From assembly GCA_025055835.1 (NCBI GenBank), contig JANWWR010000107.1, positions 1 through 58,928 of the forward strand: a DNA stretch of 58,928 nucleotides, read 5' to 3'. The notes beneath the pieces are model-generated. The model saw only the letters and a program-made list of their open reading frames with translations, searched no databases and was not told where the DNA came from. This document shows, piece by piece, positions 1 through 9,152 of the stretch. The first letter of the stretch is position 1, and every line of letters begins with the position of its first letter. Both the position numbers and the translations under genes were made by a program. This DNA comes from Gemmatales bacterium (GTDB lineage: Bacteria > Planctomycetota > Planctomycetia > Gemmatales > HRBIN36).

Positions 1-293
1 GACTTTGCCGACGAGGCGGAGCCGTCTGCGGTCTTGCCGGTCCCGCTGCCATCGTCGCCAGTTTTCTTGGCGGCTTCTGCCTCGGCTTTGGCGGCAGCCT
101 TGTAGGCTTCGCTGCGGTAGTCGGTCTGGTAAAAGCCCGAACCCTTGAACAGCAAAGCCCCACCGGTCCCGAACAGGCGGCGGAGGCGGTTCTTCCGGCA
201 TTTCGGGCACTTCCGCAGCGGTTCCTCGGTGATGGACTGGTATTCGTCGAAATGATGTCCGCAGGCTTCGCAACGATATTCGTAGGTCGGCAT
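1..293 (-). CDS. FmdB-family zinc-ribbon protein (3' end runs off the window)
   Basis: Manual translation from ATG at 293: MPTYEYRCEACGHHFDEYQSITEEPLRKCPKCRKNRLRRLFGTGGALLFKGSGFYQTDY. Two CxxC pairs plus the FKGSGFY-TDY signature. Not in the ORF track because it is truncated. Confidence 0.9.
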   Translation of the reverse strand, partial: MPTYEYRCEACGHHFDEYQSITEEPLRKCPKCRKNRLRRLFGTGGALLFKGSGFYQTDYRSEAYKAAAKAEAEAAKKTGDDGSGTGKTADGSASSAK

Positions 294-430
294 GTAAAAA
301 TTTTAGAACGGATCGGCGAAGCAGCCAAGGGTGGCATGGTGTCGGGCGGAAGCGAAGCCACGGTAGGCGGGCAGCCTTGGAAATGCGATCAGAATAGTAA
401 AGGCGAGCGGCTGGAAAAAGGCAAGCGGCG

Positions 431-471
431 AAAAAAAAGGCGAGCGGCCAGCGTCAGCTGGCCGGTCGCTC
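431..471 (-). terminator. Rho-independent terminator downstream of the P-II gene
   Basis: GGCCAGC-gtca-GCTGGCC stem (446-463) extended by GAGC/GCTC, followed on the minus strand by T8 (A8 at 431-438). Confidence 0.75.
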
Positions 472-491
472 CCCTGCAACATGAAAGCGAA

Positions 492-558
492 CACGGGGGG
501 CTTACGCCCCCCCCGCTCGGTGTGATGATCTTCACGGGGGCTGACGCCCCCCGCTCGG
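492..558 (-). repeat. Two REP-like palindromes (family A, GAGCGG-RGGGCGTNAGCCCYCCG)
   Basis: 492-520 and 533-558 reverse-complement to CCGAGCGGGGG(G)CGT(A/C)AGCCCCC(C)GTG, the same core as the copies at 16091, 16124 and 29986-30120. Confidence 0.7.
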
Positions 559-568
559 GGCAAGCACC

Positions 569-916
569 TCAAATCGCTTCGGGGCCGCGTTCGCCGGTGC
601 GAATGCGGATGCAGTCCTCCAGCGGTAGGATGAAGATTTTGCCATCGCCGATACGGCCCTCCGGCCCGGTTCGTCCGGCCTCGATGATCGCGTTGACCGT
701 CGGCTCCACGAAATCCTCATTGACCGCGATCTGCAATTGAATCTTGCGGAGCAGTTGCGTGTGCAGTTCGTGGCCACGATAGGTTTCGCTGTGCCCTTTC
801 TGTCGCCCGAAACCCTGCACGTCCACGACGGTCAAGCGAAATACCTGCACGCGGTTGAGCGCTTCCTTGACCGCTTCCAGTTTGTGCGGCTGGATGATGG
901 CCAAAATCAGTTTCAT
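569..916 (-). CDS. glnB: P-II family nitrogen regulatory protein (GlnB/GlnK-like)
   Basis: GFGRQKG, YRG, K58, TG--G-IGDGKIF and RIRTGERG motifs; 115 aa. glnB versus glnK cannot be resolved (no amtB adjacent). Confidence 0.92.
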   Translation of the reverse strand: MKLILAIIQPHKLEAVKEALNRVQVFRLTVVDVQGFGRQKGHSETYRGHELHTQLLRKIQLQIAVNEDFVEPTVNAIIEAGRTGPEGRIGDGKIFILPLEDCIRIRTGERGPEAI

Positions 917-1254
917 GGCGAAGAACTCCCGGTCGGAGGGATCGGCTCGTACTTGGACAGCCGGGCTTCAAGGTCCCGAATCTTCTCCCGCAGACTGCGG
1001 ATGATCTGCTCCTGTTCGTGATTCAGCTTGCGAGACGTCTCAAACATCTCGTCGTTGAGCCGTTGCGTGGTCTGCAACTGGCCGCGGAGGGCGTCGAGTT
1101 GAGCCTGGCTGCGAGCGACGTGGTGCTCTGCATCGCGAATGCGGTCCCGGACGCTGAGCACGCCCAGGCCCGTGCCGACGAAACCGGCCCAGCCCACCAG
1201 GGCCGCCAGAAGCAGCAGCCGCTCGCGATTCCACCAGGGTTTCGTGTCGTTCAC
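913..1254 (-). CDS. Hypothetical membrane-anchored coiled-coil protein, translationally coupled to P-II
   Basis: GTG start with a CAGGAG SD; N-terminal TM (LLLLAALVGWAGFVGTGLGVL) then a heptad-like helix; stop overlaps the P-II start (ATGA). Confidence 0.7.
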   Translation of the reverse strand: MNDTKPWWNRERLLLLAALVGWAGFVGTGLGVLSVRDRIRDAEHHVARSQAQLDALRGQLQTTQRLNDEMFETSRKLNHEQEQIIRSLREKIRDLEARLSKYEPIPPTGSSSP

Positions 1255-1310
1255 CGTGGATCGGCTCCTGTACCCGCACCGAGTGGCTCAGAACTTCGGC
1301 GACATTCTTC

Positions 1311-1319
1311 AGTATACCC
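1311..1319 (-). promoter_or_regulatory. Probable sigma70 -10 element (TATACT) for the hypothetical/P-II operon
   Basis: Minus strand reads GGGTATACT about 55 nt upstream of the GTG at 1254; no clear -35. Confidence 0.45.
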
Positions 1320-1433
1320 GCGGAACTTCGCCTGGTCGGCTCGGTTGAATCTGATGAGACCTCCGTGAAAAGAGGCAAGCTCCAAGCTGCGTCACCGTTC
1401 GGTTTCCGCAGCCTTTGCAAAGGAGGTGAATCC

Positions 1434-1802
1434 ATGCGCTGGTTGGTTGGCCTGCTGGTTCTTGGTTTGGGTCTGGGCCTGACCGCGTTGGCCACAGCGG
1501 ATGAGAAGGCGGACAAAAAGGCCGCCCGCAAGGGCACGCCAGGTCTGGTGGAGAAGTTCGACAACGCCACCAAAACGCTGACCATCCGCACCGGCAAGAA
1601 GAATGATCCCAACGCTGCGACGATGTCCTTCACGCTCTCGGAAGACACCAAGATCACGCTTATGGACCAGGACGGGACCAAGCCCGGCAAGATCGAGGAC
1701 GTGGCGTCTGCCAAGCGAGTGCTCGTTCGCAAGGAAAGCCGCGATGGCAAGGAGGTCGTGACGGAAGTCGTCGTGGTGTTGGGCAAGAAGAAAGCCGAGT
1801 GA
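1434..1802 (+). CDS. Secreted hypothetical protein (small, Lys-rich, beta-strand-rich)
   Basis: AAGGAGGTG SD before ATG 1434; signal peptide MRWLVGLLVLGLGLGLTALATA-D; 122 aa. Confidence 0.8.
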   Translation: MRWLVGLLVLGLGLGLTALATADEKADKKAARKGTPGLVEKFDNATKTLTIRTGKKNDPNAATMSFTLSEDTKITLMDQDGTKPGKIEDVASAKRVLVRKESRDGKEVVTEVVVVLGKKKAE

Positions 1803-1815
1803 CACCCCCATGACA

Positions 1816-1853
1816 GGCGCGGCGGACGGGATTGAACTTCCGTCCGCCGTGTC
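1816..1853. terminator. Long GC hairpin between convergent genes, probably a bidirectional terminator
   Basis: CGGCGGACGG (1820-1829) and CCGTCCGCCG (1840-1849) form a perfect 10-bp stem, extendable with G-U pairs; U-tail is weak. Confidence 0.6.
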
Positions 1854-1871
1854 GCTTTCCGGGGCAGGAAC

Positions 1872-3518
1872 TCACACCGATTCGACTTTCATGTGCCGGT
1901 CGGGAACGTCGTCGGTTCGCGGATCGAACCATTCCCGACGGAACTCGATGCGGCTGGGGCGTCCGCCGGTTTCCGGCGTGCCTCGCATGGCCAGGTTGGC
2001 CGTCAACGCAATGATCGCATCGGCCATGGCGACAACGCCGTGACACCGCGGAATCGGTCGTCCTTTTCCGTCCTTGGGCCGATCCTTTTCCTCCACCGCT
2101 CCCTGCTGCCACATTCTAACGCAGTAGGCGAAGTCCTCCATTTCCTCGCGGTAGCCGCGGCTGATCGCGCCGCCCAGGGCCTTTTCGCCGGTTTCGACGG
2201 CCCGCCGCTCGGCCGGTCCCGTGGTGGCGGAGGCGTCAATAACCGTGGCCGGTTTGCGGGCATCGGTGACGCTGACCGAAGTAGTTCGGCTGGCTGCTCC
2301 GCGTTCCGGCCAGAGCATCACCTCCTGTTCCTGGGAGACGACCATGCTGGCCCGCGTCCCCATGACGCACTCGCCATACGGCTCGAAGCCGTTCGTGCTG
2401 ATGGAAGAGTAGGTGACAACGACGATGTCATCCTTGTCCTTGATCTGCGTCTGCTCGGGATCGGCCCAGTAGTTCTTGCCGGGAAATTCGAACGTGCAGA
2501 AGACGTGATCCTCGACCTCCCGATAGTCCCGGTAGAAGTATTTGCCGCCGATGCCGCTGACCGCCAGCGGTCGCACCTTGCCGAGAAAGATGCTGCATGC
2601 GTCGAGCTGGTGGCTGCCGAGTTCCGCCATGAGGCCGCCGCCGGTGCGGAGGAACAACCGCCAGCGGATCAGTTCGTCCACGCTCTTATAGCCGAACTCC
2701 CGGATCCGATCCTTGAGCGCGTCGTAATCCTCGGCGTAGATGGGCGGAAACCAGCCTTCACGGTATTGCGGTTGGACCACGCCCTCGGCCAATGGCTGCT
2801 TGGCGAGGGAGGGACTCCACGGCGTCGTCGTGTTCCGGTGCCACAAGGCGCGGATGTGCTTGATGTCTCCCAGGTCTCCCGAGCGGATCAATTCCACGGC
2901 ATGAGCGTAAAGCAGGCTGTAATGCCGCTGGTGGCCGATGGACAGGATGCGGTCCGTTTCCTCGGCGACGCGGATCATCTCCTTACACTGCTGCACGTTC
3001 CAGGCCATGAGCTTTTCGCACAAAACGTGCTTGCCGGCCCGCATCGCTTCGATGGCGACCGGTGCGTGCAGATGGAGCGGCAGAGCGATGACGACGGCCT
3101 CGATGTCCTTGTCTTCAAGGAGATGGCGGTAGTTTTCGTAGAAGCGGATGCGCTTGCTGGCGTCGGCCCCGTAGATGCGGTTGAAGCCCTTGCGGGGTCC
3201 GCTCGGCTCGCCCTCGAAGATGCGTTTGCAGTTGGTGGGGCGGATGTCGGAGTAGGCGACGAATTCGAGATACGCCGGGTTGTGCTCGCCGACCAGCACG
3301 CCGCCTTCATCCCCCGCCCCGATAAGCCCGGCCTTGACCGGCGAGCCGTCGAGCTTCTGGTAGCCGTAATACAGGGCCGCTGAAACCGGCAGCACCGCCC
3401 CGGCCGCCAAGACGCCCTTCATGAACTCCCGGCGGTTCAGTTCATACCGCTGTCCCACAACCCGATGGAAATTGGCCTTGCCGATCTCTTTTTGTTCCGG
3501 GGTCACGTCGAGGGCCAT
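1872..3518 (-). CDS. Gfo/Idh/MocA-family oxidoreductase with a twin-arginine (Tat-like) N-terminus
   Basis: NRREFMK followed by a hydrophobic stretch; Rossmann GLIGAGDEG; HVLCEKLMA; GHQRHY; ELGSHQLD. Confidence 0.88.
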   Translation of the reverse strand: MALDVTPEQKEIGKANFHRVVGQRYELNRREFMKGVLAAGAVLPVSAALYYGYQKLDGSPVKAGLIGAGDEGGVLVGEHNPAYLEFVAYSDIRPTNCKRIFEGEPSGPRKGFNRIYGADASKRIRFYENYRHLLEDKDIEAVVIALPLHLHAPVAIEAMRAGKHVLCEKLMAWNVQQCKEMIRVAEETDRILSIGHQRHYSLLYAHAVELIRSGDLGDIKHIRALWHRNTTTPWSPSLAKQPLAEGVVQPQYREGWFPPIYAEDYDALKDRIREFGYKSVDELIRWRLFLRTGGGLMAELGSHQLDACSIFLGKVRPLAVSGIGGKYFYRDYREVEDHVFCTFEFPGKNYWADPEQTQIKDKDDIVVVTYSSISTNGFEPYGECVMGTRASMVVSQEQEVMLWPERGAASRTTSVSVTDARKPATVIDASATTGPAERRAVETGEKALGGAISRGYREEMEDFAYCVRMWQQGAVEEKDRPKDGKGRPIPRCHGVVAMADAIIALTANLAMRGTPETGGRPSRIEFRREWFDPRTDDVPDRHMKVESV

Positions 3519-3539
3519 GATCTCACCTCTCGGCTGTTT

Positions 3540-4748
3540 TCAGGAAGCAGAGGAAGCGGCATCCGCATTCGAGGGCTTGCCGGCACGGCAACCTCGGAAC
3601 GGATTGAGAAAACGAAGCAGTCCGTCCAGTCCGAACCATTCGCCGCTGCGGGTCGAGGCAATGACCAGAAGGGCGAGGATTTCAATCAGGTTTTTGTCCA
3701 CGAACAGATAGTTCCCCTCGGCTCGCGGATTCTCCGGCACGCCGGGCAGCGGAGGCATGGCCAGGTAAATGAGGAAAAGCAGCACGGCCCCGATCCAGGC
3801 CGCGGGCCGCGTCAGCAGTCCGAATAACAGACACAACCCGACAACCAGCAAGCCCCAGCGCATCACCCCATCGGCGACGGCCAGCTTCCAGTTCGAGGGG
3901 GAAGGCTGATCCGGCATCCCCGCCGCTTTTTGTTCGCCGGACAACGTGTTCTCCAGGGCCGAACGCATGGCCGCGAACTGACTGTCGAGATCGGCTTGCA
4001 GCTCGCTTCGGAGTCGACGCACCTCGGCCTTCAGCGAAGCCGCCTTGGACCCGCCCAGGTCGCTTTCGAAGGCCGGAAGCTCTTTGTCAAGCAGATCGCG
4101 AAGTTCCTTCACCCTGGCCCGGTACAACGCGACCCGCTCCGGCGTCGTCATCGGCACCTTCACCGAGCCGGACGGAAAATAGCGTTCCACCTCCTTGCTG
4201 CCTTCGACGAGCCAGCGCCCCAGGGCGTTCTTGTGATTCTCGAAGACATCCCGGGCCTTGGTCCGCTGGTCGCCTTCGAGGCGAAAGTGCTCAGCAAAGC
4301 GGGAGAAGTGGTTTTCCCATTGCTCATTCAGGGGATCGGAAAGGCGGTTGGCCGGCGGATCGGCCTTGGGATCGGTGACGGCAAGGAGTTGCAGAAGTTG
4401 CTCGTCAGGATCGCCGGCGATGTCGCGGAAGAAGGGAGCCAACGGCCCGGCCGATTCCCGCAGGTAGCCAGCGCTGCTCCACGGTCTGCTCGTTTCCGTT
4501 GGACCCCGATAGACCGATTCAACCTTGCGATAGCCTTCGACGGCGAAGTGCCAGCCGATGGCCAGCCGCAGCCAGACCAGCAAGTAGGCCGTCAGCAGAC
4601 TCACCTGCACACTGCCGCGGGGCATGACGATCCGCTCGCCGCAACAGGAACGCCAGGCGCAGAAGAGGGCCCCGAGAAGAAAGACCGCTCCGGCCCCGGC
4701 CCAGGCTGCGGTGACAGATGGCAGCGGTATCTCGGACATCACGGTCAC
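3540..4748 (-). CDS. DoxX-family membrane protein with a large soluble insertion
   Basis: LRLAIGWHF---G--K first helix; C-terminal GL-LL-GLLTR-A, V-KNLIE and G--FGLD DoxX motifs; about 230 aa helical insert between them. Confidence 0.8.
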   Translation of the reverse strand: MTVMSEIPLPSVTAAWAGAGAVFLLGALFCAWRSCCGERIVMPRGSVQVSLLTAYLLVWLRLAIGWHFAVEGYRKVESVYRGPTETSRPWSSAGYLRESAGPLAPFFRDIAGDPDEQLLQLLAVTDPKADPPANRLSDPLNEQWENHFSRFAEHFRLEGDQRTKARDVFENHKNALGRWLVEGSKEVERYFPSGSVKVPMTTPERVALYRARVKELRDLLDKELPAFESDLGGSKAASLKAEVRRLRSELQADLDSQFAAMRSALENTLSGEQKAAGMPDQPSPSNWKLAVADGVMRWGLLVVGLCLLFGLLTRPAAWIGAVLLFLIYLAMPPLPGVPENPRAEGNYLFVDKNLIEILALLVIASTRSGEWFGLDGLLRFLNPFRGCRAGKPSNADAASSAS

Positions 4749-5770
4749 CTCGGTCGGGCAAGTTCTTCCCGCTGGGCTTCAGAAAGTATTATGGCCTGGA
4801 GGTCGGGACGGCTCGCCAAGTAGCGTCGGGCCTCGGCTTCGCCCAGGACGAACAGGGCGGTGGCCAGGGCATCGGCCTCGGCAGCAGTCGGGGCCAGCAC
4901 GGAAACGTGAGCCAGTCCCTCGGCCGGCCAGCCGGTGCGGGGATCGAGGATGTGGCCCAGTTTCCGGCCCTGCCATTCCAAGTGCCGAAACGTCTTGGCC
5001 GATACCCCCAACGCACTGTCCCTCAGCCACAGCGACAGCAGGCGGACACTGGGATCTTCCGGGTGCGTCACGCCGACCGGCCAGCCTCGTTCATGGCCCG
5101 GCAGACTTCCGATAGCGTACACGCTGCTGTGTCCGCCATGCAAGAGGGCCGACTGGATCCCGAACCGCTCCCGCAACAACGCCGCTGCCTGGTCCAGAGC
5201 GTAGCCCTTGCCGATGCTGCCGAGGTTGATTTCCACGCCATCTCGCAGAAACCGCACCGTCCGCCGTTCAGGATGAAGAACGACGAAGCGCATGCCGCTT
5301 CGCTGAATTGCTTCGGCTTGTTCTTCTGGGGCGGGAACCCGACGCGGACCGCGCAAGAACCCCCAGGCTTTGATGATCGCCCCGGAGGCCACATCGAACG
5401 CCCCGCCGGTTTCGTGAGTCAACCGGCTGGATAAAGCCAGAATCTCAAAAAGTTCCGCACTGACCGCTACCTCATGGTCAAAGGCTTCCCGGTTGACCCG
5501 GCTTAATTCGGAGTGATCCCGATAGACGGTCAGCAGGCTTTCCAGATGGTCAATGAGATCGAGGGCGGCGCAGGCGGCTTCCGAAGCCCGGGGAGTGCCC
5601 AGAGGCAAGACGATCTCAAACGTCGTGCCCATCGCCCGGCGGGAGTAGCGAACCAGGGCCGGGCCTTCGCCGTCGTCCAGCGTTTCAGCCAGCGGGTCAG
5701 AAAACAGGGACGCCGCGATGTCCGCCCCGAAGAGCAGCGGTTCGGGGTTGAGAAACCTGCGGCGATCCAT
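4745..5770 (-). CDS. apbE: FAD:protein FMN transferase (ApbE family)
   Basis: AMGT, LTVYRDHSELSRVN, GAFDVASG, INLGSIGKGYALD, GGHSS, HILDPRTGWP, ADALATA. Confidence 0.93.
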   Translation of the reverse strand: MDRRRFLNPEPLLFGADIAASLFSDPLAETLDDGEGPALVRYSRRAMGTTFEIVLPLGTPRASEAACAALDLIDHLESLLTVYRDHSELSRVNREAFDHEVAVSAELFEILALSSRLTHETGGAFDVASGAIIKAWGFLRGPRRVPAPEEQAEAIQRSGMRFVVLHPERRTVRFLRDGVEINLGSIGKGYALDQAAALLRERFGIQSALLHGGHSSVYAIGSLPGHERGWPVGVTHPEDPSVRLLSLWLRDSALGVSAKTFRHLEWQGRKLGHILDPRTGWPAEGLAHVSVLAPTAAEADALATALFVLGEAEARRYLASRPDLQAIILSEAQREELARPR

Positions 5771-5773
5771 GAT

Positions 5774-6994
5774 TCAGATTTCGCTGCCGTCGTGGATGAG
5801 CGGTTCGAGGGCCTTGGTGTTGCGTTCGACGGCCAGAACGATGGTCCGCTCCTCAACGCCGTCGGCGGAGACGGCGACGGCCGGGATGATCTGTCGGCTG
5901 TCGGGCAAGGCGAAGCGTTCGGTGAAGGTGCCGTCCTCCCGCAGCTTGATCGGTCGGCCCTGGAGCGTTACCTTGGCGGTCGGTTCCGTGGCCCCGTACA
6001 CGATCAGTTCGGCGTCGATCTGGAACCAGAATTGCCGCGGCTTGCGGCCCTGGAAGGCCCCGGAACCGAAGCTGGTGATGGCCGGGGAACCCATCGGACG
6101 CCGCAGCCGCTCCTCGAACAGGTTCCTGAGTTCGAGGCTGCTCGTGGACGGATCGTAGCCGCCCGACATGGCGTAGATTTTCTCGTAGTTCGCCTGAACG
6201 TCGGCCCAATTCTCGTCGATGGAATCGCTGATGCCGGCCCGCGGCGTGGTGACGACGTTGGACCGAGCCAGCACATAGAACCGTCCCGACCGGCTCAGGT
6301 AGCCGATGTCCACCCGGTAGCTTCGCGGCGGATTGCCGACGTCGATGTACCAGTTGTTGCAGCCGCCGTGGATCTCGATGTCGCGGACGATCGCTTCCGT
6401 CGAACTGGTGGTATCTTCGCTGGTGACATCCAGAAGCCGCAGGATCGGCTTGGAGGTGTGCCATTCCTCGGCCAAGGCCGCTTCGGCCCGGCTGATGGCG
6501 GTGCGGGTCAGTTCCCAGTAGCAATGCAGCCAGTAGGGATCACGGACCATGAGGACGATGCGGTCGGTCCCGTAGCCCTTGGGCAAATCGCGGGGCATGG
6601 TCTTGGAAAGGTCCCGCGTCGGCACGCCAACCTCGTACTTGCTTCGCTCCACCACCTCTTCGGGGCTGATCGTGCCGTTGGCCCCACCGTGAGCCGCGGC
6701 CGTCTGCCGACGCACCGCCACGGCTTTCTCTTCCTTCTGCTCCCCCTTCTCCTCGGAGGCCGCCCCCTTGCGGGAAGCCTTGGGCCGCGGCTTGCTCGCC
6801 GACCGGCTCACGGTTTTACTTTTGGTCCTGGGCTTGACCTCGGACTTGGCGGCCGGACGGGACGCAGCCTTCCTGGAACTCAAGGCTTCGAGCAGCTGCT
6901 CTTTGGTCATGGATTGACTACCGCGGATGCCGCGGGCCTTGGCGAGGTCGCGGAGTTGCTTGGTGGACAGGCCCTGCAAGCGATCCTGGCGCAT
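5774..6994 (-). CDS. DUF4912-domain protein with a Rho N-terminal-like (HEH) domain
   Basis: N-terminal LSTKQLRDLAKARGIRG---MTKEQLLEAL; LMVRDPYWLHCYWE; NWYIDV; ARSNVVTTP; C-terminal DAELIVYGAT. Confidence 0.82.
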   Translation of the reverse strand: MRQDRLQGLSTKQLRDLAKARGIRGSQSMTKEQLLEALSSRKAASRPAAKSEVKPRTKSKTVSRSASKPRPKASRKGAASEEKGEQKEEKAVAVRRQTAAAHGGANGTISPEEVVERSKYEVGVPTRDLSKTMPRDLPKGYGTDRIVLMVRDPYWLHCYWELTRTAISRAEAALAEEWHTSKPILRLLDVTSEDTTSSTEAIVRDIEIHGGCNNWYIDVGNPPRSYRVDIGYLSRSGRFYVLARSNVVTTPRAGISDSIDENWADVQANYEKIYAMSGGYDPSTSSLELRNLFEERLRRPMGSPAITSFGSGAFQGRKPRQFWFQIDAELIVYGATEPTAKVTLQGRPIKLREDGTFTERFALPDSRQIIPAVAVSADGVEERTIVLAVERNTKALEPLIHDGSEI

Positions 6995-7557
6995 GGACAG
7001 ACACTCCCTCCCGCTGCCGCAGGCTCAGCCTGCGCGGATGCTTCACTTTGGCGACGTCCGTGTCCGTCGTGAAAACCGGCGGCAGTCGTTGCCGCCAAGC
7101 TTGACTACTGATCTGCCTCCCTGACGCACCTCAAGGCTGAGGACGTGCGGGAAGGTCGGAAGGAATCGCAAGCGGGCCGCCAAGCCCTGCTCCGCGATCG
7201 TCCGGGATGCGCCTTGGACCGCATCCGCTGGAGATTGCTTCGTTCCCTTTAGCCGCCGTAATCGTAGCAATTCGGACATGGCAGTGTCAATTCTATTTGA
7301 CCAGGTTGCCTCTTGATTTTTCCCCATTTCTGTGGTAGGCGGGCAGGATTGCGAACCTGTTTTGCCTATTTTCTCAGGGCAAAACACAACATCTCTATTC
7401 GCCGGGGGAAGGCTTCGTCCGCTTGCCGACTGACGAACCTGCCGTCTGAAACTGGCCTGACTTTGTGAAACTTTGCACGCACTCGATTGACTTTTCATCG
7501 TTGCTTCCTTCAATATCCACCGCCCCGCAGAATCTGTGCACCTTGAAGCCTGGGCCG

Positions 7558-7776
7558 ATGCTCCCTGGGGACCGGCGGGAAAGGGCGAAATTGCTGGCCT
7601 ACGGGCAGATCGGTCTGGAGATGGCTGCACCGATCGGCCTCGGAGTCTTCCTGGATTTGCGCTGGGGAACGACGCCGTGGCTGACCGTGACCGGGGCCGT
7701 GGTCGGACTTGTGGGCGGACTGGCCCACCTGATCGCCATGCTGAATCGGGAGGAGCGGCAGACCCCGGGCCAATAG
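7558..7776 (+). CDS. AtpZ/AtpI-like small ATP synthase accessory protein
   Basis: G-GVFLDLRWGTTPWL---G-V-G motif with two TMs; first gene of the atp operon. Start chosen at ATG 7558. Confidence 0.75.
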   Translation: MLPGDRRERAKLLAYGQIGLEMAAPIGLGVFLDLRWGTTPWLTVTGAVVGLVGGLAHLIAMLNREERQTPGQ

Positions 7777-7798
7777 CGGGGCCGTTCCGAGGCAAACC

Positions 7799-8197
7799 AT
7801 GCGACAGCGGTTGGCAGGCTTGATCGTCGTGACTTTGCTGCTGTGGGCCGCGGCGGCCTGGATCGGCCAGCGCCTTTGGGGTGAATCCGCGGTGATCCAG
7901 AGTGCGGCCGCCATGTTGCTCTGTCTGGTTCCCGCCGTCGGAACAATGGCGTGGGCTTTGGCCGTGCGCTCACGCTCCAACGGCGAACAGATGCTGGCCA
8001 TGTTGGGCGGCGTCGGCCTCCGCATGTTCCTCGTGCTCGGGCTGGGACTGGCGGCTTATCATGCCGTCCCGCTTCTGCAATCCGAGGCGTTCTGGATCTG
8101 GTTGTTGGTTTTTTACCTGGTGACGCTCGGCCTGGAGATGATGATGGTCCTCCTGCCCGATGCGGCGACACCAGGCGCTGAGCGGATAACGACCTGA
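7799..8197 (+). CDS. atpI: ATP synthase protein I-like (4 TM)
   Basis: Four hydrophobic helices; position directly upstream of atpB. Confidence 0.6.
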   Translation: MRQRLAGLIVVTLLLWAAAAWIGQRLWGESAVIQSAAAMLLCLVPAVGTMAWALAVRSRSNGEQMLAMLGGVGLRMFLVLGLGLAAYHAVPLLQSEAFWIWLLVFYLVTLGLEMMMVLLPDAATPGAERITT

Positions 8198-8208
8198 CAG
8201 GTTCACCT

Positions 8209-9072
8209 ATGCACGATCCCTTCGATCACGTTCGCGATCACAGTGAATGGCACTTTCTCGCGAACGACCTGACCGGCGAATGGACGATTCAATTGCCGGT
8301 CCTTTTCGAGATCCCTGGTTTCAGCCTTTTCGGGTACGACTTCGGGCCGCACCGCTTCCAGCTGACCAAGTTCATGGTCTTGGAAGTGATCGCCGCCCTC
8401 GTCATCGCCGCCATTTACATTCCGTTGGCCCGCCGCGCCCGCACCGGCGAACCGCCGAAGGGCTACCTCTGGAACACGTTCGAGGCTGTCCTGACCTTCC
8501 TCCGCGACGAGGTCGCCAAGCCCAACATCGGCGAGGAAGAAGCCGATAAGTATGTGCCCTTCCTGTGGACCCTGTTCCTTTTTATCCTGGCCTGTAATCT
8601 CCTGGGTATGTTGCCGTTCCTCGGTTCGCCGACCCAGGACTTCAGCGTTACATTGACGCTGGCCTTCATCGCCTTCTGCGCCATCCACGGCTACGCCATC
8701 GCGGCCCACGGCTTAGGGCACTATCTGCAATCGTACATCCCCCACATCGACGTGCCTTGGATTCTGGCCATCTTTCTGATCCCGATGATCGTGGTGATCG
8801 AAGTCGCCGGCCACTTCATCAAAGCCTTCGTGCTGGCCGTTCGTCTTTTCGCCAATATGTTTGCCGGACATACGGTGCTGGCTTTCATTCTGTTCTTCAT
8901 CCTGATGGCTCGGCAGGCTTCCCCACTGCTGTTGGGAGCGATCACGTTGGGCAGCGTCCTGGGCGTGACAGCCTTGAGTCTTTTGGAACTGTTTGTGGCT
9001 TTCTTGCAAGCGTTCATCTTCACCTTCCTGACCTCGCTGTTCCTGGGTTCCACGCTCCATCCGGAGCACTGA
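8209..9072 (+). CDS. atpB: F0 subunit a
   Basis: LAVRLFANMFAGH (essential Arg), LELFVAFLQAFIF, NLLGMLP. Confidence 0.97.
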   Translation: MHDPFDHVRDHSEWHFLANDLTGEWTIQLPVLFEIPGFSLFGYDFGPHRFQLTKFMVLEVIAALVIAAIYIPLARRARTGEPPKGYLWNTFEAVLTFLRDEVAKPNIGEEEADKYVPFLWTLFLFILACNLLGMLPFLGSPTQDFSVTLTLAFIAFCAIHGYAIAAHGLGHYLQSYIPHIDVPWILAIFLIPMIVVIEVAGHFIKAFVLAVRLFANMFAGHTVLAFILFFILMARQASPLLLGAITLGSVLGVTALSLLELFVAFLQAFIFTFLTSLFLGSTLHPEH

Positions 9073-9152
9073 GAGCCGGGACAGGTCGAGTCGGAGGTGA
9101 GAGGGGAAATAACGTCAACCCAGAACCAGGTTTTACGGGAGTAATCCGACAC

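Noticed and set aside
318-330. GAAGCAGCCAAGG matching part of E. coli 4.5S (SRP) RNA
   Set aside because: The essential upstream CAGGTCCGGAAG tetraloop half of domain IV is absent; treated as coincidence.
2180-2260. VIDASATTG as the ApbE flavinylation site
   Set aside because: It lacks the Gly of the [S/T]GA[S/T] consensus and cannot be supported without experiment.
6995-7557. Hidden ncRNA or small gene in the 560-bp divergent intergenic region before the atp operon
   Set aside because: No tRNA, 6S, riboswitch or credible ORF signature recognised; only weak promoter-like hexamers (TTGACT at 7487).
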